This document shows positions 1 through 10,793 of a stretch of 51,891 bases of DNA, piece by piece. The notes under the pieces were generated by a model, which saw only the letters and a program-made list of their open reading frames with translations, made no database searches and had not been told where the DNA came from. The translations under genes and the position numbers were made by a program. The first letter of the stretch is position 1; each line of letters starts with the position of its first letter. This stretch comes from Deltaproteobacteria bacterium. GTDB taxonomy: Bacteria > Myxococcota > JACRCW01. The stretch lies in the NCBI GenBank assembly GCA_016218805.1, contig JACRCW010000097.1, forward strand, positions 1 through 51,891, read 5' to 3'.

Positions 1-1455
1 GCCGCCCACCACCATCACCGGCACGCGCTGGTCGTAGCTCCACGTGGACCCGTGGTCCGTGCCGGTGCCCTCCGCCGGGTCACGCCAGATCCAATAGGGG
101 CGCGTCTCCACCAGGATGTGCCCACCGCGAACCGGGTGGTGCGCGTTCTTGAACGCCTCCCACGGCATCCCGGAGAGGTGCTCCAGCCGGCACGCGCTGA
201 CGCCGGTGGCCACGCCGTCCACGGACAGCGCCGCCCGCGCCGCGCGCTCCAGCACGTCACACGGGAGCGCGTCCGCGGCGGGGTCCAGCCACACGTTGGG
301 AGGACTTACCAGTTTCACCCAGTCGCGCGGGCCGGCGCTGGCATCCAGCGCGCCGTCAATCGCGGCGGAAACGTCTCCATACGCCACGCGCCCCGCCGGG
401 ATGCGCAGCGCCGCGGTGTCCTCCGGGATGGGCGCCACGCCGTGGTCCGAAGTCACGACCACCGCCAGCCGGTCCCGTCCCACGCGCTTCTCCAGCTCAC
501 CCATGAGCCGCGCGATGTTGGCGGACGTACGCACCACGGTGTCCGCGCGCTCCACGCTGTAGGGGCCCCACGCGTGGCCCACCATGTCGTAACCGCTGAA
601 ACTGACCCACAACAGGTCCACTTCGTCGTCACGGCCCAGCTCCAGTGCGTCCGCGCCCGCCAGCGCCAGGTCCGCCACCCAGCCATCCAGCAGCGGTGCG
701 TAGCGCGCGGCGGTGCCCAGTTTGCCCGGGGGCACTTTGGCCGGGTCCAGCGTCTTGGGCAGGGTGGGCGGCAGGCCCAGGCGGGCGGATTCGGCGCGCG
801 CGTCGTCGGGGCGGGTGAGGGGCAGGTAGCTGGACACCGGGCGGACGGCGTCCCAGCGGTAGCCGCTGAGTTGCGCGGTTGTATGCGCGGCATTGAACGT
901 CTTCAGCCACGCCGGCATCTCCGCCGCGTAATACGTGCTGGAGGTGAAGGTGGCCTGGTCCGGGTCCCACCACGCGGCCAGGTCCGCGCTGAAACCGCCG
1001 GTGAGAATGGCGGAGCGGTCCTTGGCCGCCACGGCCAGCACGCGGGATTTCCCGTTGCTGCGCACCTTCAGCGTGTCCCCCACGGTGGGCACCCGCAGCG
1101 CGGCGGGGGACCGTCCGTCCGGCGTGGCGCGCCCCCACACCGGGTAACGGTCGTCGACAATGACGTAGCGCGGTCCCTGCTCCGTCATGGCCAGGTTGGT
1201 GGCAATGCCGTGCTCATTGGCATACGCGCCGGTGGCAAGCGTGGCGTGCCCCGGGCCCGTCTCCGTGTTGGCCGTCAGGTAGCGCGCTTCAAACGGGGTC
1301 CCGCGCGCCGCCAGTCCGCCCAGCCCGCCGGGGCCCAGCAGCGGGGCGTAGTGATCCAGGTCCTCCATGCGGAGCTGGTCCACCACCATGACCACGACGA
1401 GACGGGGTGGAGCGGCCGCGGCCAGCAGGGCCAGGCAGGGGAGCAGGGGTGTCAC
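1..1455 (-). CDS. Alkaline phosphatase superfamily protein (PafA/nucleotide pyrophosphatase-like); 3' end runs off the window
   Basis: Minus frame read manually from GTG 1455: signal-like N-terminus, then LVVVMVVDQLR and ANTETGPGHATLATG, typical PafA-type metal-binding and catalytic motifs. Absent from the ORF track because it has no stop in the window. Confidence 0.85.
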   Translation of the reverse strand, partial: MTPLLPCLALLAAAAPPRLVVVMVVDQLRMEDLDHYAPLLGPGGLGGLAARGTPFEARYLTANTETGPGHATLATGAYANEHGIATNLAMTEQGPRYVIVDDRYPVWGRATPDGRSPAALRVPTVGDTLKVRSNGKSRVLAVAAKDRSAILTGGFSADLAAWWDPDQATFTSSTYYAAEMPAWLKTFNAAHTTAQLSGYRWDAVRPVSSYLPLTRPDDARAESARLGLPPTLPKTLDPAKVPPGKLGTAARYAPLLDGWVADLALAGADALELGRDDEVDLLWVSFSGYDMVGHAWGPYSVERADTVVRTSANIARLMGELEKRVGRDRLAVVVTSDHGVAPIPEDTAALRIPAGRVAYGDVSAAIDGALDASAGPRDWVKLVSPPNVWLDPAADALPCDVLERAARAALSVDGVATGVSACRLEHLSGMPWEAFKNAHHPVRGGHILVETRPYWIWRDPAEGTGTDHGSTWSYDQRVPVMVVGG

Positions 1456-1456
1456 G

Positions 1457-3628
1457 TCATTTCCAGGAGAGGGTGTAGGCGGCGTCGGCCGGCACGCCGC
1501 GGTCCGCGGTCACCACCGCCGTGCACGGCGAACCGCAGCGGCGCGTGCTGAGCGGCAGGGAGAGCTTCTCGCCGTCCTTGCCCGCCCGCCGCAGCACCTG
1601 GCGGCCCTCCGGGCCCACCAGCTGGACCTCCAGGGCCAGGCCCTCGGACGGGGTGACCTCCAGGCGGTGCTCCGCCTCGTCGGCGGGGAGGTGGATGCGG
1701 AACTGGTCCTCGTCGTCGGCCGGGTGGATGCCGGCCTGCAGGCGCGCGCCCTCGGTGAGCACGGTGGCCGTTTCGCGGCGGTCATTGGGCTCACGGTCCT
1801 CGTCGGCGGTCACCGGACGCAGCGCCTCCACCGTGAGGCGGTACGGCACCTCCACCGGGGAGGGCGGGACGTCGCTGGTGGCGTTCTCCTCGCGCACCAT
1901 GAGCGTGAGCCGCTTGCCCTCCACCAGCACGCGCTGCACGCGGCTGACCGGGAGCCGGTTGCCCCACCCGTCAAACAGCAGGTGCCCGTCCACCCACGCG
2001 CTGAGCCCCAGGTTCACCTTCATGGGCCCGCGCGTTTCCACCTGCGCGTCCAGGAAGCGCGGCCCGGGCGGCAGGTCCACGGCAAACAGGTCCTTGTCCG
2101 CCTGGCCCTGCACGGGGACCGCCAGCACGCCGGACACGGACGAGTCCGCGCGGATCGCCGTGGCGTGCAACGCGTCGTTGTTGGGCTCGCGCTCCTCGGT
2201 GACCGCAGGCGCGCTGGCATCCTCCAGCAGGGACGGCGCCACGTACGCCACCGCGCCGCCCAGGACGCACGCGGACACCAGCGCGGCAAACGTCCGCCGC
2301 CGCCGCTGCGCCACCAGGAAGCGGGACCACTCATCGCGCCCGGCCAGTTGTCCGCCGTCATCAAATGAATCGTCGTCCGACGCTTCAATCAGCGGGGCGG
2401 GGCGCGCGGCGCCCGGCAGCGGCGCGGGCGTGGCGGTGGCGGACACGCCGTCCTGCTCCGCGGCGTGCTCCATGGCCTCACGCATGGTGGCGGCGGAATC
2501 AAACCGCTGGCCGGCCTCCTTCTGCAGCGCGCGCTGTCCCACGCTCCACACGGCCGAAGGAACCTCCGCGCTGGGCGCCAGCTCCCAGGGTTGCGGGAGC
2601 GGGTCCTGCAGGATGGACATGATGACGTCAATGGGCGTCTCCCCCTGGAAGGGGCGCTTGCCGGTGAGGCATTCGCACAGCACCACGCCAATGGCCCAGA
2701 TGTCCGTGCGCACGTCCACCGGCATGCCGCGCGCCTGCTCCGGGCTCATGTACTCCGGTGTGCCCACCAGCAGGTCGTCCTGGGTCAGCGGCTGGCCCCC
2801 GTCCCGTGGCGCCATGGCCTTGTCCGCCTTGGCAATGCCAAAGTCGATGAGCTTGGCGAAGTCCTTCTCCTCGCCGTCCACGAGGAAGATGTTGTCCGGC
2901 TTGATGTCCCGGTGGACGATGCCTTTCTCATGCGCCTCCTGGAGGCTGCGCAGCACCTGCGCCAGCACGTGCACCGTGCGCCGTGGGCTCAGCGGTCCCT
3001 CGCGCAGGGCGGCGGCCAGCGTGCGGCCGCGCAGGTGCTCCATGGCCAGGTAGAGCTGGCCTTCGGGCGTCTCGCCAAAGTCAAACACGGCCACGGTGTG
3101 CCGGCTCTCCAGGCTGGACAGTGCGTGCGCCTCGCGGTGGAAGCGCGCGCGCACGCTTGGGTCCCGGGACAGCTGGCTGCGCACCACCTTGAGCGCCATG
3201 ACCTTGTGCATGCGCTCATGCCGGACGCGGTAGACGCTGCCCATGCCGCCGGTGCCCAGCACGGACAGCACGCGGTAGCGCCCGTCAATGACCGTGTCCG
3301 GTGCGAATTCGCGCGACACCGGGGAGTCCTCTGCGCCCGCCGCGCCCGGGCGCGTGCCGGGGGACGAGCCGCGCGGGTCCCGGGACGGCTCCGTGGGCGT
3401 GCCGCCGGTGTCCGCGCGCGCCACCAGCGTCTCCTTGCGCCAGTCTCCCGGCGGCACGGGCGTGCTGCCGGGTCCACCGGCTCCCGAGGGCGTGTGCAGC
3501 GAGGGGCTGGTCGCCGGCAGCGGCGTCTCGTCGGCCTGTGTGTCGGCGGCCAGCACCATGCCGCACTGCGGGCAGAAGCGCGTGTTGGGCACGCGCGCGG
3601 CGCTGCAGCGGGGGCACGTGTCGGCCAC
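1457..3628 (-). CDS. Membrane Ser/Thr protein kinase with N-terminal zinc ribbon and C-terminal PPC-like extracellular repeats
   Basis: CPRC...CPQC; LGTGGMGSVY, HRDIKPDN, DFGIAK, GTPEYMSPE; TM helix after RRRRT; two EREPND-type repeats. Confidence 0.93.
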   Translation of the reverse strand: MADTCPRCSAARVPNTRFCPQCGMVLAADTQADETPLPATSPSLHTPSGAGGPGSTPVPPGDWRKETLVARADTGGTPTEPSRDPRGSSPGTRPGAAGAEDSPVSREFAPDTVIDGRYRVLSVLGTGGMGSVYRVRHERMHKVMALKVVRSQLSRDPSVRARFHREAHALSSLESRHTVAVFDFGETPEGQLYLAMEHLRGRTLAAALREGPLSPRRTVHVLAQVLRSLQEAHEKGIVHRDIKPDNIFLVDGEEKDFAKLIDFGIAKADKAMAPRDGGQPLTQDDLLVGTPEYMSPEQARGMPVDVRTDIWAIGVVLCECLTGKRPFQGETPIDVIMSILQDPLPQPWELAPSAEVPSAVWSVGQRALQKEAGQRFDSAATMREAMEHAAEQDGVSATATPAPLPGAARPAPLIEASDDDSFDDGGQLAGRDEWSRFLVAQRRRRTFAALVSACVLGGAVAYVAPSLLEDASAPAVTEEREPNNDALHATAIRADSSVSGVLAVPVQGQADKDLFAVDLPPGPRFLDAQVETRGPMKVNLGLSAWVDGHLLFDGWGNRLPVSRVQRVLVEGKRLTLMVREENATSDVPPSPVEVPYRLTVEALRPVTADEDREPNDRRETATVLTEGARLQAGIHPADDEDQFRIHLPADEAEHRLEVTPSEGLALEVQLVGPEGRQVLRRAGKDGEKLSLPLSTRRCGSPCTAVVTADRGVPADAAYTLSWK

Positions 3629-3720
3629 GACGGGGGGAGTCCTTTCACCGCGTGGGGGGACGCGGCAGCCGGCGGCATGTTACGCACGCCCCGTGATGCG
3701 CGTCCACACGGCGCCCGTCG

Positions 3721-3810
3721 TCAGCCGCCGGGCGGCGCGGCGGTGACCAGCCCGCGCACGCGCGCCAGCAGGTGCGGGCCGATTCCGCGCACGTCCCGCA
3801 CGCCGGGAAC
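3721..3810 (-). pseudogene. Possible 3' remnant of a ComEA-like helix-hairpin-helix gene
   Basis: DVRGIGPHLLARVRGLVT followed soon by a stop resembles the C-terminal HhH of ComEA; no matching 5' part seen. Confidence 0.35.
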
Positions 3811-4192
3811 GGGGTTGGCAGATGGATGATGAGCTTGGCCGGCAGCTGCGCGGCCTGCCCGCCGCACCGCCTCAGGAAGCCCTGGTGTACGCCTTGGCGT
3901 TGCCCAGGGGGCCTGCACCCTCGGCAACCAGCAAGACGGACCCGAAGAAGGTGCCCAACGTGCGGTCGCTGTTGCGTGGTGCGGGTCTGGTCGTCGTAAC
4001 TGGGAGGAGTCAAGCGCCACGCCAACGGTGTGTGGTCAGCGGGAGTTCTTCATGCGCCCCCACCGTGATGGCCGAAGCACCAACCGCGACGACACAGGCG
4101 CGGCCATGGTGCTGGTTCTGGTGGTCATTGCGCTGGGCCGCTGCGGTTGTCCATTTGGCCGCTGCCACGTGAGCGCCGCGCGCGGCGGCGGG

Positions 4193-5386
4193 TCACGGCA
4201 GGGTGGCGCGGTACAGCCCATTGCCGTACGGCGCCGCCAACACGGTGCGGGTGCCGGTGCTTGAGTACGTGAGCAACTGGCTCAACCCAACACCGGGGCT
4301 GGTCAGCGCGGTCAGGGTGCCCCCGCAGGTGGGGCCGTAGTAGGCGGTATTGGTCGAATTGAGGTGGCGCAAGATCGTGCACGACCCATCCTGCGCGACC
4401 ACCACCGGAGTCTTGCCGGCGACGCTGTTCAAATCAGATTGGATGACTGTCCACAAGTCTCCCTGATTGGTTGACTCATACAGCTGCCCTGACCCGTAGT
4501 AATAGACGTGGTTGTCAACTGGATGACTCACCAGGGTGCCGTTGACGTCCGTGAGGCCCTGGGTGATGGGCTGAAAGCTCAACCCATGGTCGCGTGAACG
4601 CTTGGTCCTTCCATAGAAAACGTTGGGGTTCGCAGCATCAAACGCCGTGGGGAACTCCTCCATGGACTCATGGGTCCATGTGTCGCCGTGGTCGGTGCTC
4701 ACCCCCACCGTGTTGATGCCCGTCCCAAATTCCAGCCAGGCAAACACTTCCCCCCCGGGTGCCACACTGAATTCCAGGACGCGGATGGTGGCCGCCGTGT
4801 GCTGCGGGTCGTAGGCCGGATGCGGGTCGAACGTGACGCCGTCATCATCGCTGCGCATCACGGAGAACGGTACGGTGGAGCCCTTGGCAAACAGCTTGCC
4901 GCCGCGCCACACGAGCGTGCCGTCCGCAAACTCCCCTTCCACGTGGGTCCACGTTGCTCCCCGGTCTGTGCTCCTGAACATGCCCTGGTCTGTCTGGACC
5001 AGGTAGGTGCCGGCCATGGTGACAGCCGCGGCATTCACCGCGCGTGGCAACGGCAGGGAGTCCCAGGCCAAGCCGCCCGAAGAGCTGGTTGATGAGCCAC
5101 CGGAGGAACTGCTGGATGAACTGCTGGATGACCCACCGGAAGAGCTGCCGGAGGAGCTGCTTGATGAGCTGCTCGGGCAGCCCGAGCACGCGTCATAACC
5201 TGCTCCCGCGGCGTTGCAGGTCTGGGTGCCCTGCGTGCCCGCCGTGCCATCGCACGCACAGGCCACCGTCTGACCAGGAGCACAAACCGGCCCGCCACTT
5301 GACGACGATGAACCCTGACCGCCCGAGCAGCCAACGGAAGCCAGCGCCACCATCCATGCCAAGCGCCGACCAAGAAACGCGTTCAT
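4193..5386 (-). CDS. Secreted lipoprotein with Cys-rich repeat, Ser/Gly linker and BNR/Asp-box beta-propeller
   Basis: Start moved to ATG 5386 (MNAFLGRR...LASVGC lipobox); CAPGQTVACAC; poly-Ser; repeated SxDxGxTW Asp-boxes. Confidence 0.8.
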   Translation of the reverse strand: MNAFLGRRLAWMVALASVGCSGGQGSSSSSGGPVCAPGQTVACACDGTAGTQGTQTCNAAGAGYDACSGCPSSSSSSSSGSSSGGSSSSSSSSSSGGSSTSSSGGLAWDSLPLPRAVNAAAVTMAGTYLVQTDQGMFRSTDRGATWTHVEGEFADGTLVWRGGKLFAKGSTVPFSVMRSDDDGVTFDPHPAYDPQHTAATIRVLEFSVAPGGEVFAWLEFGTGINTVGVSTDHGDTWTHESMEEFPTAFDAANPNVFYGRTKRSRDHGLSFQPITQGLTDVNGTLVSHPVDNHVYYYGSGQLYESTNQGDLWTVIQSDLNSVAGKTPVVVAQDGSCTILRHLNSTNTAYYGPTCGGTLTALTSPGVGLSQLLTYSSTGTRTVLAAPYGNGLYRATLP

Positions 5387-5632
5387 CCATGACTCCTGCT
5401 GCTTGCGCGCCAACTGGCGGCCCAACGTGAGGTCAGGGTGGCTAGCCCCCCGGGCCGGGAGGACGCAACAGAGCACTGCGCATCCCGGATGATCTGCGTC
5501 GCGACGTGGAAGCACGGGCGATTTGCACGGTCGCGGGAGATGGCGGACTGGGCTAATTGCCGTCGGCGCATAGCAATGGCCGTTGCCTGTGCACGGCGCC
5601 GCACCAATGAGCGCAAACCGACCCATCTAGTG

Positions 5633-6241
5633 TTAAGTTAAGCGACGCACCAGGTCCGCGGGGTCTCTATCAGCGCGCTTGCGAATCTCGGTCCGGTACT
5701 CGTTGTTCGATTTGAGGACAGCGGTGATCTTCGCCGTGAGTGCGGCAAGAAAGGGAACGCCGCCCTTGGCGGACGCCTCAGTTTCAACGCTGCCAACGAA
5801 CTCCTTGCTGTGTGTCTCGGTCAGAACCTCTTCCGCGAACCACTGCTCAAGCAGCTTCTGCTCGGTAGTCGGCAGGTTAACGGAGAGGTCGCGCAGCTTT
5901 TCCAGCACGCTGCGCGAGATGACGAGAAGGATGTCTGCAAATGTGAGGCTGTCCTGGTCCAGTGTGGCCAGGGTGTCAATGAAGACCGGCTCGATCCCCC
6001 ACGTGGAGAAGTCCTTGGCAGCACGGCGCAACTGCGTGGTCTTCCCGGTGCCGCGGTGGCCCACGACGCCCAGGTGAACAAACTCGCGACGGTTGGCCGC
6101 CGGGGCAAAGTGGCGGCGCAGCTTGGCGGCCAGTCCATACCTGCTGGGATCGAAGCCGCGCTCGATGTCGACGAACCAAGGGTCACCAGGTTGCACAACA
6201 GCGAACGGGTCGAGCGTCCAGAAAGCGTCCCCTGTCGTCAT
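5633..6241 (-). pseudogene. Truncated P-loop ATPase
   Basis: Walker A GHRGTGKTT present, but the ORF stops after 202 aa at an AT-rich junction with no recognisable Walker B. Confidence 0.6.
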
Positions 6242-6442
6242 GGCACGGGTCTAGGGCATGGGGCGCATCTATCGGTCACGCACAGGCGAGTCAAACCGCG
6301 GTGCTCGGCCGTTTGTCCACGTGCGGGAGGAGTTCCCGGACCCGCACATGACGGGGCCAACGGCGACGCGTTCAGGACGGCGCGCAGGCAGTCCCGCCTG
6401 ACCCGTTGGCTTCCGGCGGAAAACGCGCCACAACCCCGCGCC

Positions 6443-6937
6443 ATGGACGGCATGGATCCGCACGCATTGGCGGTCTCCTGGGCGGTGGCGGGCGTGGCCA
6501 TGATGGCCTCCGAGCTCGTCGTCCCCGGGCTCATTGTGGTCTTCCCCGGTGCGGGCGCGTTGATTGTCGCCCTGTTGGTGTGGCTGGGGGTGCTGCACGG
6601 CGTGATGCCGTGCCTGTTGGCGTGGGTGGTGCTGTCTGCCGTGCTGCTGTTTGGCCTGCGCGGGTGGCTGATGCGCAAGTTCCCGTCAGAGAAGGCGTAC
6701 GCACCGCACAACCCGGACGCGGAGGCGTACGGCACCGTGGTGGACGTGGTGGAGGCCATTCCCGCGGACGGCGCCGGGCGCATCCGCCATGAGGGCACCA
6801 CCTGGTCCGCCACGTCGCGCAGTGGCGCCATCCCCGCCGGTGCGCGCGCCCGTCTGTTGTTCCGCGAAAACGTGGCCTGGGTGGTGGAAGCCATTCCCCC
6901 GGCAGAAGCGCCGCCCGCGTCTTCATCAAAGACCTGA
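6443..6937 (+). CDS. NfeD family membrane protein
   Basis: Hydrophobic N-half, C-terminal GRIRHEGTTWSA OB-fold motif, directly upstream of SPFH genes. Start is ATG 6443 or 6452. Confidence 0.88.
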   Translation: MDGMDPHALAVSWAVAGVAMMASELVVPGLIVVFPGAGALIVALLVWLGVLHGVMPCLLAWVVLSAVLLFGLRGWLMRKFPSEKAYAPHNPDAEAYGTVVDVVEAIPADGAGRIRHEGTTWSATSRSGAIPAGARARLLFRENVAWVVEAIPPAEAPPASSSKT

Positions 6938-6951
6938 AAACGGAGGAACGC

Positions 6952-7905
6952 ATGGAAGTCCTGACCGCGTTCACGGTGTTGTTCCTGGTGACGCTGTTCA
7001 TCATCAGCCGCACGTTCATCGTCGTCCACGCCAATGAGAACGTGGTCAAGGAGCGCCTGGGGAAGTTTGCCGGTGTGCTCACGCCGGGGTTCCACTTCAT
7101 GATCCCCATCCTGGACCGGGCCGCCTACCGCCATGAAATGCGCGAGCAGTGCCTGGACGTGCCGCCGCAGAGCTGCATCACGCGGGACAACATCCAGATG
7201 GAGGTGGACGGCATTGTCTACCTCAAGGTGTTTGACGCGGGGCGCGCCAGCTACGGCATCGGCGACTACCAGCAGGCGGCGGTCAACCTGGCGCAGACCA
7301 CCATGCGCAGCGAGGTCGGCAAGCTGTCGCTCGACGAGACCTTCAGCGAGCGTGAGAAGGTGAACGACCGCATTGTTGCCGAGATTGACAAGGCGTCCGC
7401 CGCCTGGGGCATCAAGATGATCCGCTATGAGCTGCGCAGCGTGGACCCCAGCCGCCGCGTCATTGACACCATGGAGAAGCAGATGGAGGCGGAGCGGCAG
7501 AAGCGCGCCGCCATCACCGTCAGCGAAGGTCAGCGCGCCGCGCAGATCGCCATCTCGGAAGGGCAGCGCGAAGAGGCGGTGAACCTGTCTGAGGGCGAGA
7601 AGCAGAAGCGCATCAACGAGGCGGAGGGGCGCGCCGCGGAGATCCGGCTGCTGGCCACCGCCCAGGCGGAGAGCGTGCGCCTGGTCGCGGAGGCCATCCG
7701 CAAGCCCGGCGGGGACCTTGCCGTGAAGACGCAGCTGGTGGAGCAGTACCTGGTGGAGCTGGGGAAAATCCTGGAGGCCGCCAAGGTCACGGTGGTGCCG
7801 CCCCAGGTGGCCGGCATCCGCACCATGCTGGAAGGGCTGGGCGCGCTGGCCCACCACGTCGGTCCGCCTCCGCCACCACCCCCGCCGCCCCCGCGCCGCG
7901 CCTGA
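6952..7905 (+). CDS. SPFH/stomatin-like (paraslipin, QmcA-type) protein
   Basis: ERLGKF, Q.CITRDN, LAQTTMRSEVG, QMEAERQKRA; GGAGG RBS upstream. Confidence 0.93.
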   Translation: MEVLTAFTVLFLVTLFIISRTFIVVHANENVVKERLGKFAGVLTPGFHFMIPILDRAAYRHEMREQCLDVPPQSCITRDNIQMEVDGIVYLKVFDAGRASYGIGDYQQAAVNLAQTTMRSEVGKLSLDETFSEREKVNDRIVAEIDKASAAWGIKMIRYELRSVDPSRRVIDTMEKQMEAERQKRAAITVSEGQRAAQIAISEGQREEAVNLSEGEKQKRINEAEGRAAEIRLLATAQAESVRLVAEAIRKPGGDLAVKTQLVEQYLVELGKILEAAKVTVVPPQVAGIRTMLEGLGALAHHVGPPPPPPPPPPRRA

Positions 7906-7920
7906 CCAGGAGAGACCACC

Positions 7921-8841
7921 ATGGCCGCCTTCAACAGCATCGTCTGGGGCATCATCATCCTGTACACGCTCATCAAGTTTGCGCGCTGCGTGCGCATGGT
8001 GCCCACGCAGTCCGCGTACATTGTGGAGCGGCTGGGCCGCTACCATGAGACGCTGCGCCCCGGCTTCCACGTCCTCATTCCGTTTGTGGACCAGGTGCGC
8101 TTCATCCAGGACCTCAAGGAGGAGTCCATTGAGGTGCCGCCGCAGATGTGCTTCACGCGTGACAACGTGCAGGTGGAGGTGGACGGCATCATCTACATGG
8201 CCGTCACCGACGCGGAGGCCGCCTCCTACGGCATCACGGACTTCCGGTTTGGCGCTATCCAGTTGGCGCAGACCACGACGCGGTCCGTCATTGGCACGCT
8301 GGAACTGGACCGCACGTTTGAGGAGCGCGAAGCGGTGAGCGGCCAGGTGGTGAAGGTGCTCACGGAGGTCAGCAAGGCGTGGGGCCTGCGCGTGCTGCGC
8401 TTTGAGGTGAAGAACATTGTCCCGCCCGCCAGCGTGCGTGACGCCATGGAGCGGCAGATGGGCGCGGAGCGGGACCGGCGTGCGCTGCTGGCGCAGGCGG
8501 AGGGCGAGAAGCGCTCACGCATCAACAGCAGCGAAGGCAAGCGCATGGAGGCCATCAACCGGTCCGAGGGCGAGAAGCAGAAGCGCATCAACGAGGCCGA
8601 GGGCCGCGCCGCCGAGATCATGGCGCTGGCGCACGCCACCGCGGAGTCCATTGAGAAGACCGGGGCCGCACTCAGCGCGCCCGGCGGCGAGGCGGCCATG
8701 GCGCTGCGGCTGAGCCAGCAGATGATCGGCCGCCTGTCCGGGCTGGCTGACGGGACCACCCAGGTCATGCTGGCCGCGGACATCACGCGCGTGGACACGC
8801 TGTTGGAAGGCCTGGGCATCCGGCGATCGGGGACGGCCTGA
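7921..8841 (+). CDS. SPFH/stomatin-like protein, second paralog
   Basis: ERLGRY, CFTRDNV, LAQTTTRSVIG, QMGAERDRRA; AGGAG RBS. Confidence 0.93.
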   Translation: MAAFNSIVWGIIILYTLIKFARCVRMVPTQSAYIVERLGRYHETLRPGFHVLIPFVDQVRFIQDLKEESIEVPPQMCFTRDNVQVEVDGIIYMAVTDAEAASYGITDFRFGAIQLAQTTTRSVIGTLELDRTFEEREAVSGQVVKVLTEVSKAWGLRVLRFEVKNIVPPASVRDAMERQMGAERDRRALLAQAEGEKRSRINSSEGKRMEAINRSEGEKQKRINEAEGRAAEIMALAHATAESIEKTGAALSAPGGEAAMALRLSQQMIGRLSGLADGTTQVMLAADITRVDTLLEGLGIRRSGTA

Positions 8842-8842
8842 C

Positions 8843-10744
8843 GTGCTCTCTGCCCAGAACCTGCGGCTCGCGTTCGACGACCACGTACTCTTTGACGGAC
8901 TGTCCATAGGCGTGGATGCCGGCGAGCGCCTGGCGCTGGTGGGCACCAATGGCGTGGGGAAATCCACGCTGCTGCGCATCCTGGCCGGCGCGCAGAAGAG
9001 CGAATCCGGCCGCGTGGACCGCCGTTCTGATGCGCGCACCGGGTACCTGGAGCAGGAGCCCCATCTCGACGAGACGCTGACCGCGCACGAAGCCGCGGCC
9101 GGCGGCCTGCGCGAGCTGGTGGACGCCATCCGCGAATACGAACGCATTGGCGACCAGGTGGCGCATTCGCACGACGACGCGCGGCTCATGCAGCAGCACG
9201 CGGAGTTGCAGGCGCGCATTGAGCGGCTGGGCGGGTTTGATGCAACGCACCGCGTGGACCGCGTGCTCACGCTGCTGGGCGTGCCGGACCCGTCCATCCC
9301 CGTGCGCGATCTTTCCGGTGGCGGGAAACGCCGCGTGGCCCTGGCCGCGTTGATGGTGGCCCGCCCGGAAATCCTGCTGCTGGATGAGCCCACCAACCAC
9401 CTGGACCTGGCCTCCATTGCCTGGCTGAAGAACGAGCTGCGCACCTATCCGGGCGCGGTGGTGTTTGTGACGCATGACCGGCAGTTCCTGGATGACGTGG
9501 CCACGCGCGTGGCCGAGCTGGCCGACGCGCGCATCTACGTCCACGGCGCCTCCTACGCGGACTACCTGGAGGGGCGGTTGGAACGGATGGAGCTGCAGCA
9601 GCGCACCGCGCACAAGCGCGAGCGCATGCTGGCGCGCGAGCTGGCCTGGCTGCGCGCGGGAACGCCGGCGCGCACCACCAAGCAGCAGGCGCGGATCAAG
9701 CGCGCCAATGAACTGCTGGCCATGGAGGCGCCCGTGGAGCGGCAGATGGACGTGCGCCGGCAGTCCACGGGGCGGTTGCAGAAGACCATCCTGGAGTTGA
9801 AGGACCTGGAGCTGGGGTACCCGGGCAGGACCGTCCTGCGGAACCTGTCGCTGATCATGGTCGCCGGGATGCGCATTGGGATTGTGGGGCCCAACGGCGC
9901 GGGGAAGACCACGCTGCTGCGCGCCATCCTGGGTGAACTGGCCCCGCTGAAGGGACGCATCATCCTGGGTGAGCAGACGGCGCTGGCGTACTTTGATCAA
10001 CACCGCCAGCTTCTGGATGACGACGAGTCCGTGCTTCGCTCCGTGACCGACGAGACACACGTGGACGTGGGCGGCAAGCGCGTGCACGTGCACGGCTACC
10101 TGGAGGGCTACCTGTTTTCCGGCGACGACCTCAAGCGCAAGGTCCGCAGCCTCTCCGGCGGGGAGCGCAACCGCCTGCTGCTCGCGCGCCTCATGCTCAA
10201 GGGCGCCAACGTGCTGCTGATGGATGAGCCCACCAACGATCTCGACCACGACACGCAGGGCGTGCTGGAGGAGATCCTGCTCACGCACGACGGGTGCGCG
10301 CTCATCTCCAGCCATGACCGCCGCTTCCTGGACCGCGTGGCCACGCACATCCTCGCCATTGACCCTGATGGGACGTGCGAGCTGTTTGCCGGCAACCACG
10401 AGATGTACCTGACGCTGGTGGCGCAGCGGCAGGCGCGCGAGGCGCCCAAGGAACTCCCGCCGCCCGCGCCGGAGCCCGTGCGCCCGACGGAGAAACGCGC
10501 CGCCGGCAAGCCAAAGCTCTCCTACAAGGAGCAGCGCGAGCTGGAGGGCATGGATGCGGCAATCCTGCAGGCGGAGGAAGCGCTGTCCGCATTGCAGGGC
10601 GAGGTGAACCACCCGGACTTCTTCCGCACCGCGGGAGCGTCGGCGCCGCAAAAGGTGGCCGCGCTGGACGAGGCGCAGGCGCGTGTGACCGCGCTGTACG
10701 CGCGCTGGCAGGAGCTGGAAGCGCGGGCGCAGGGTGCCGTTTGA
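8843..10744 (+). CDS. uup: ABC-F family ATPase, Uup-like
   Basis: Two ABC domains ([44 protein letters not shown]), no TM segments, C-terminal [11 protein letters not shown] coiled coil. Confidence 0.88.
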   Translation: MLSAQNLRLAFDDHVLFDGLSIGVDAGERLALVGTNGVGKSTLLRILAGAQKSESGRVDRRSDARTGYLEQEPHLDETLTAHEAAAGGLRELVDAIREYERIGDQVAHSHDDARLMQQHAELQARIERLGGFDATHRVDRVLTLLGVPDPSIPVRDLSGGGKRRVALAALMVARPEILLLDEPTNHLDLASIAWLKNELRTYPGAVVFVTHDRQFLDDVATRVAELADARIYVHGASYADYLEGRLERMELQQRTAHKRERMLARELAWLRAGTPARTTKQQARIKRANELLAMEAPVERQMDVRRQSTGRLQKTILELKDLELGYPGRTVLRNLSLIMVAGMRIGIVGPNGAGKTTLLRAILGELAPLKGRIILGEQTALAYFDQHRQLLDDDESVLRSVTDETHVDVGGKRVHVHGYLEGYLFSGDDLKRKVRSLSGGERNRLLLARLMLKGANVLLMDEPTNDLDHDTQGVLEEILLTHDGCALISSHDRRFLDRVATHILAIDPDGTCELFAGNHEMYLTLVAQRQAREAPKELPPPAPEPVRPTEKRAAGKPKLSYKEQRELEGMDAAILQAEEALSALQGEVNHPDFFRTAGASAPQKVAALDEAQARVTALYARWQELEARAQGAV

Positions 10745-10793
10745 CGTGCACCGCTGCGATTGTTACGCCCACCCGCCTCGCGAGGAGGAAGCC

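Noticed and set aside
52..1551. 499-aa plus-strand ORF and other long antisense ORFs (e.g. 6238-8070, 8783-10651, 41602-43749, 47176-49059, 49179-51044)
   Set aside because: Shadow frames of real genes on the opposite strand in high-GC DNA; no recognisable motifs.
3822..4172. 116-aa plus-strand ORF
   Set aside because: No motif and atypical composition; cannot be supported as a gene.
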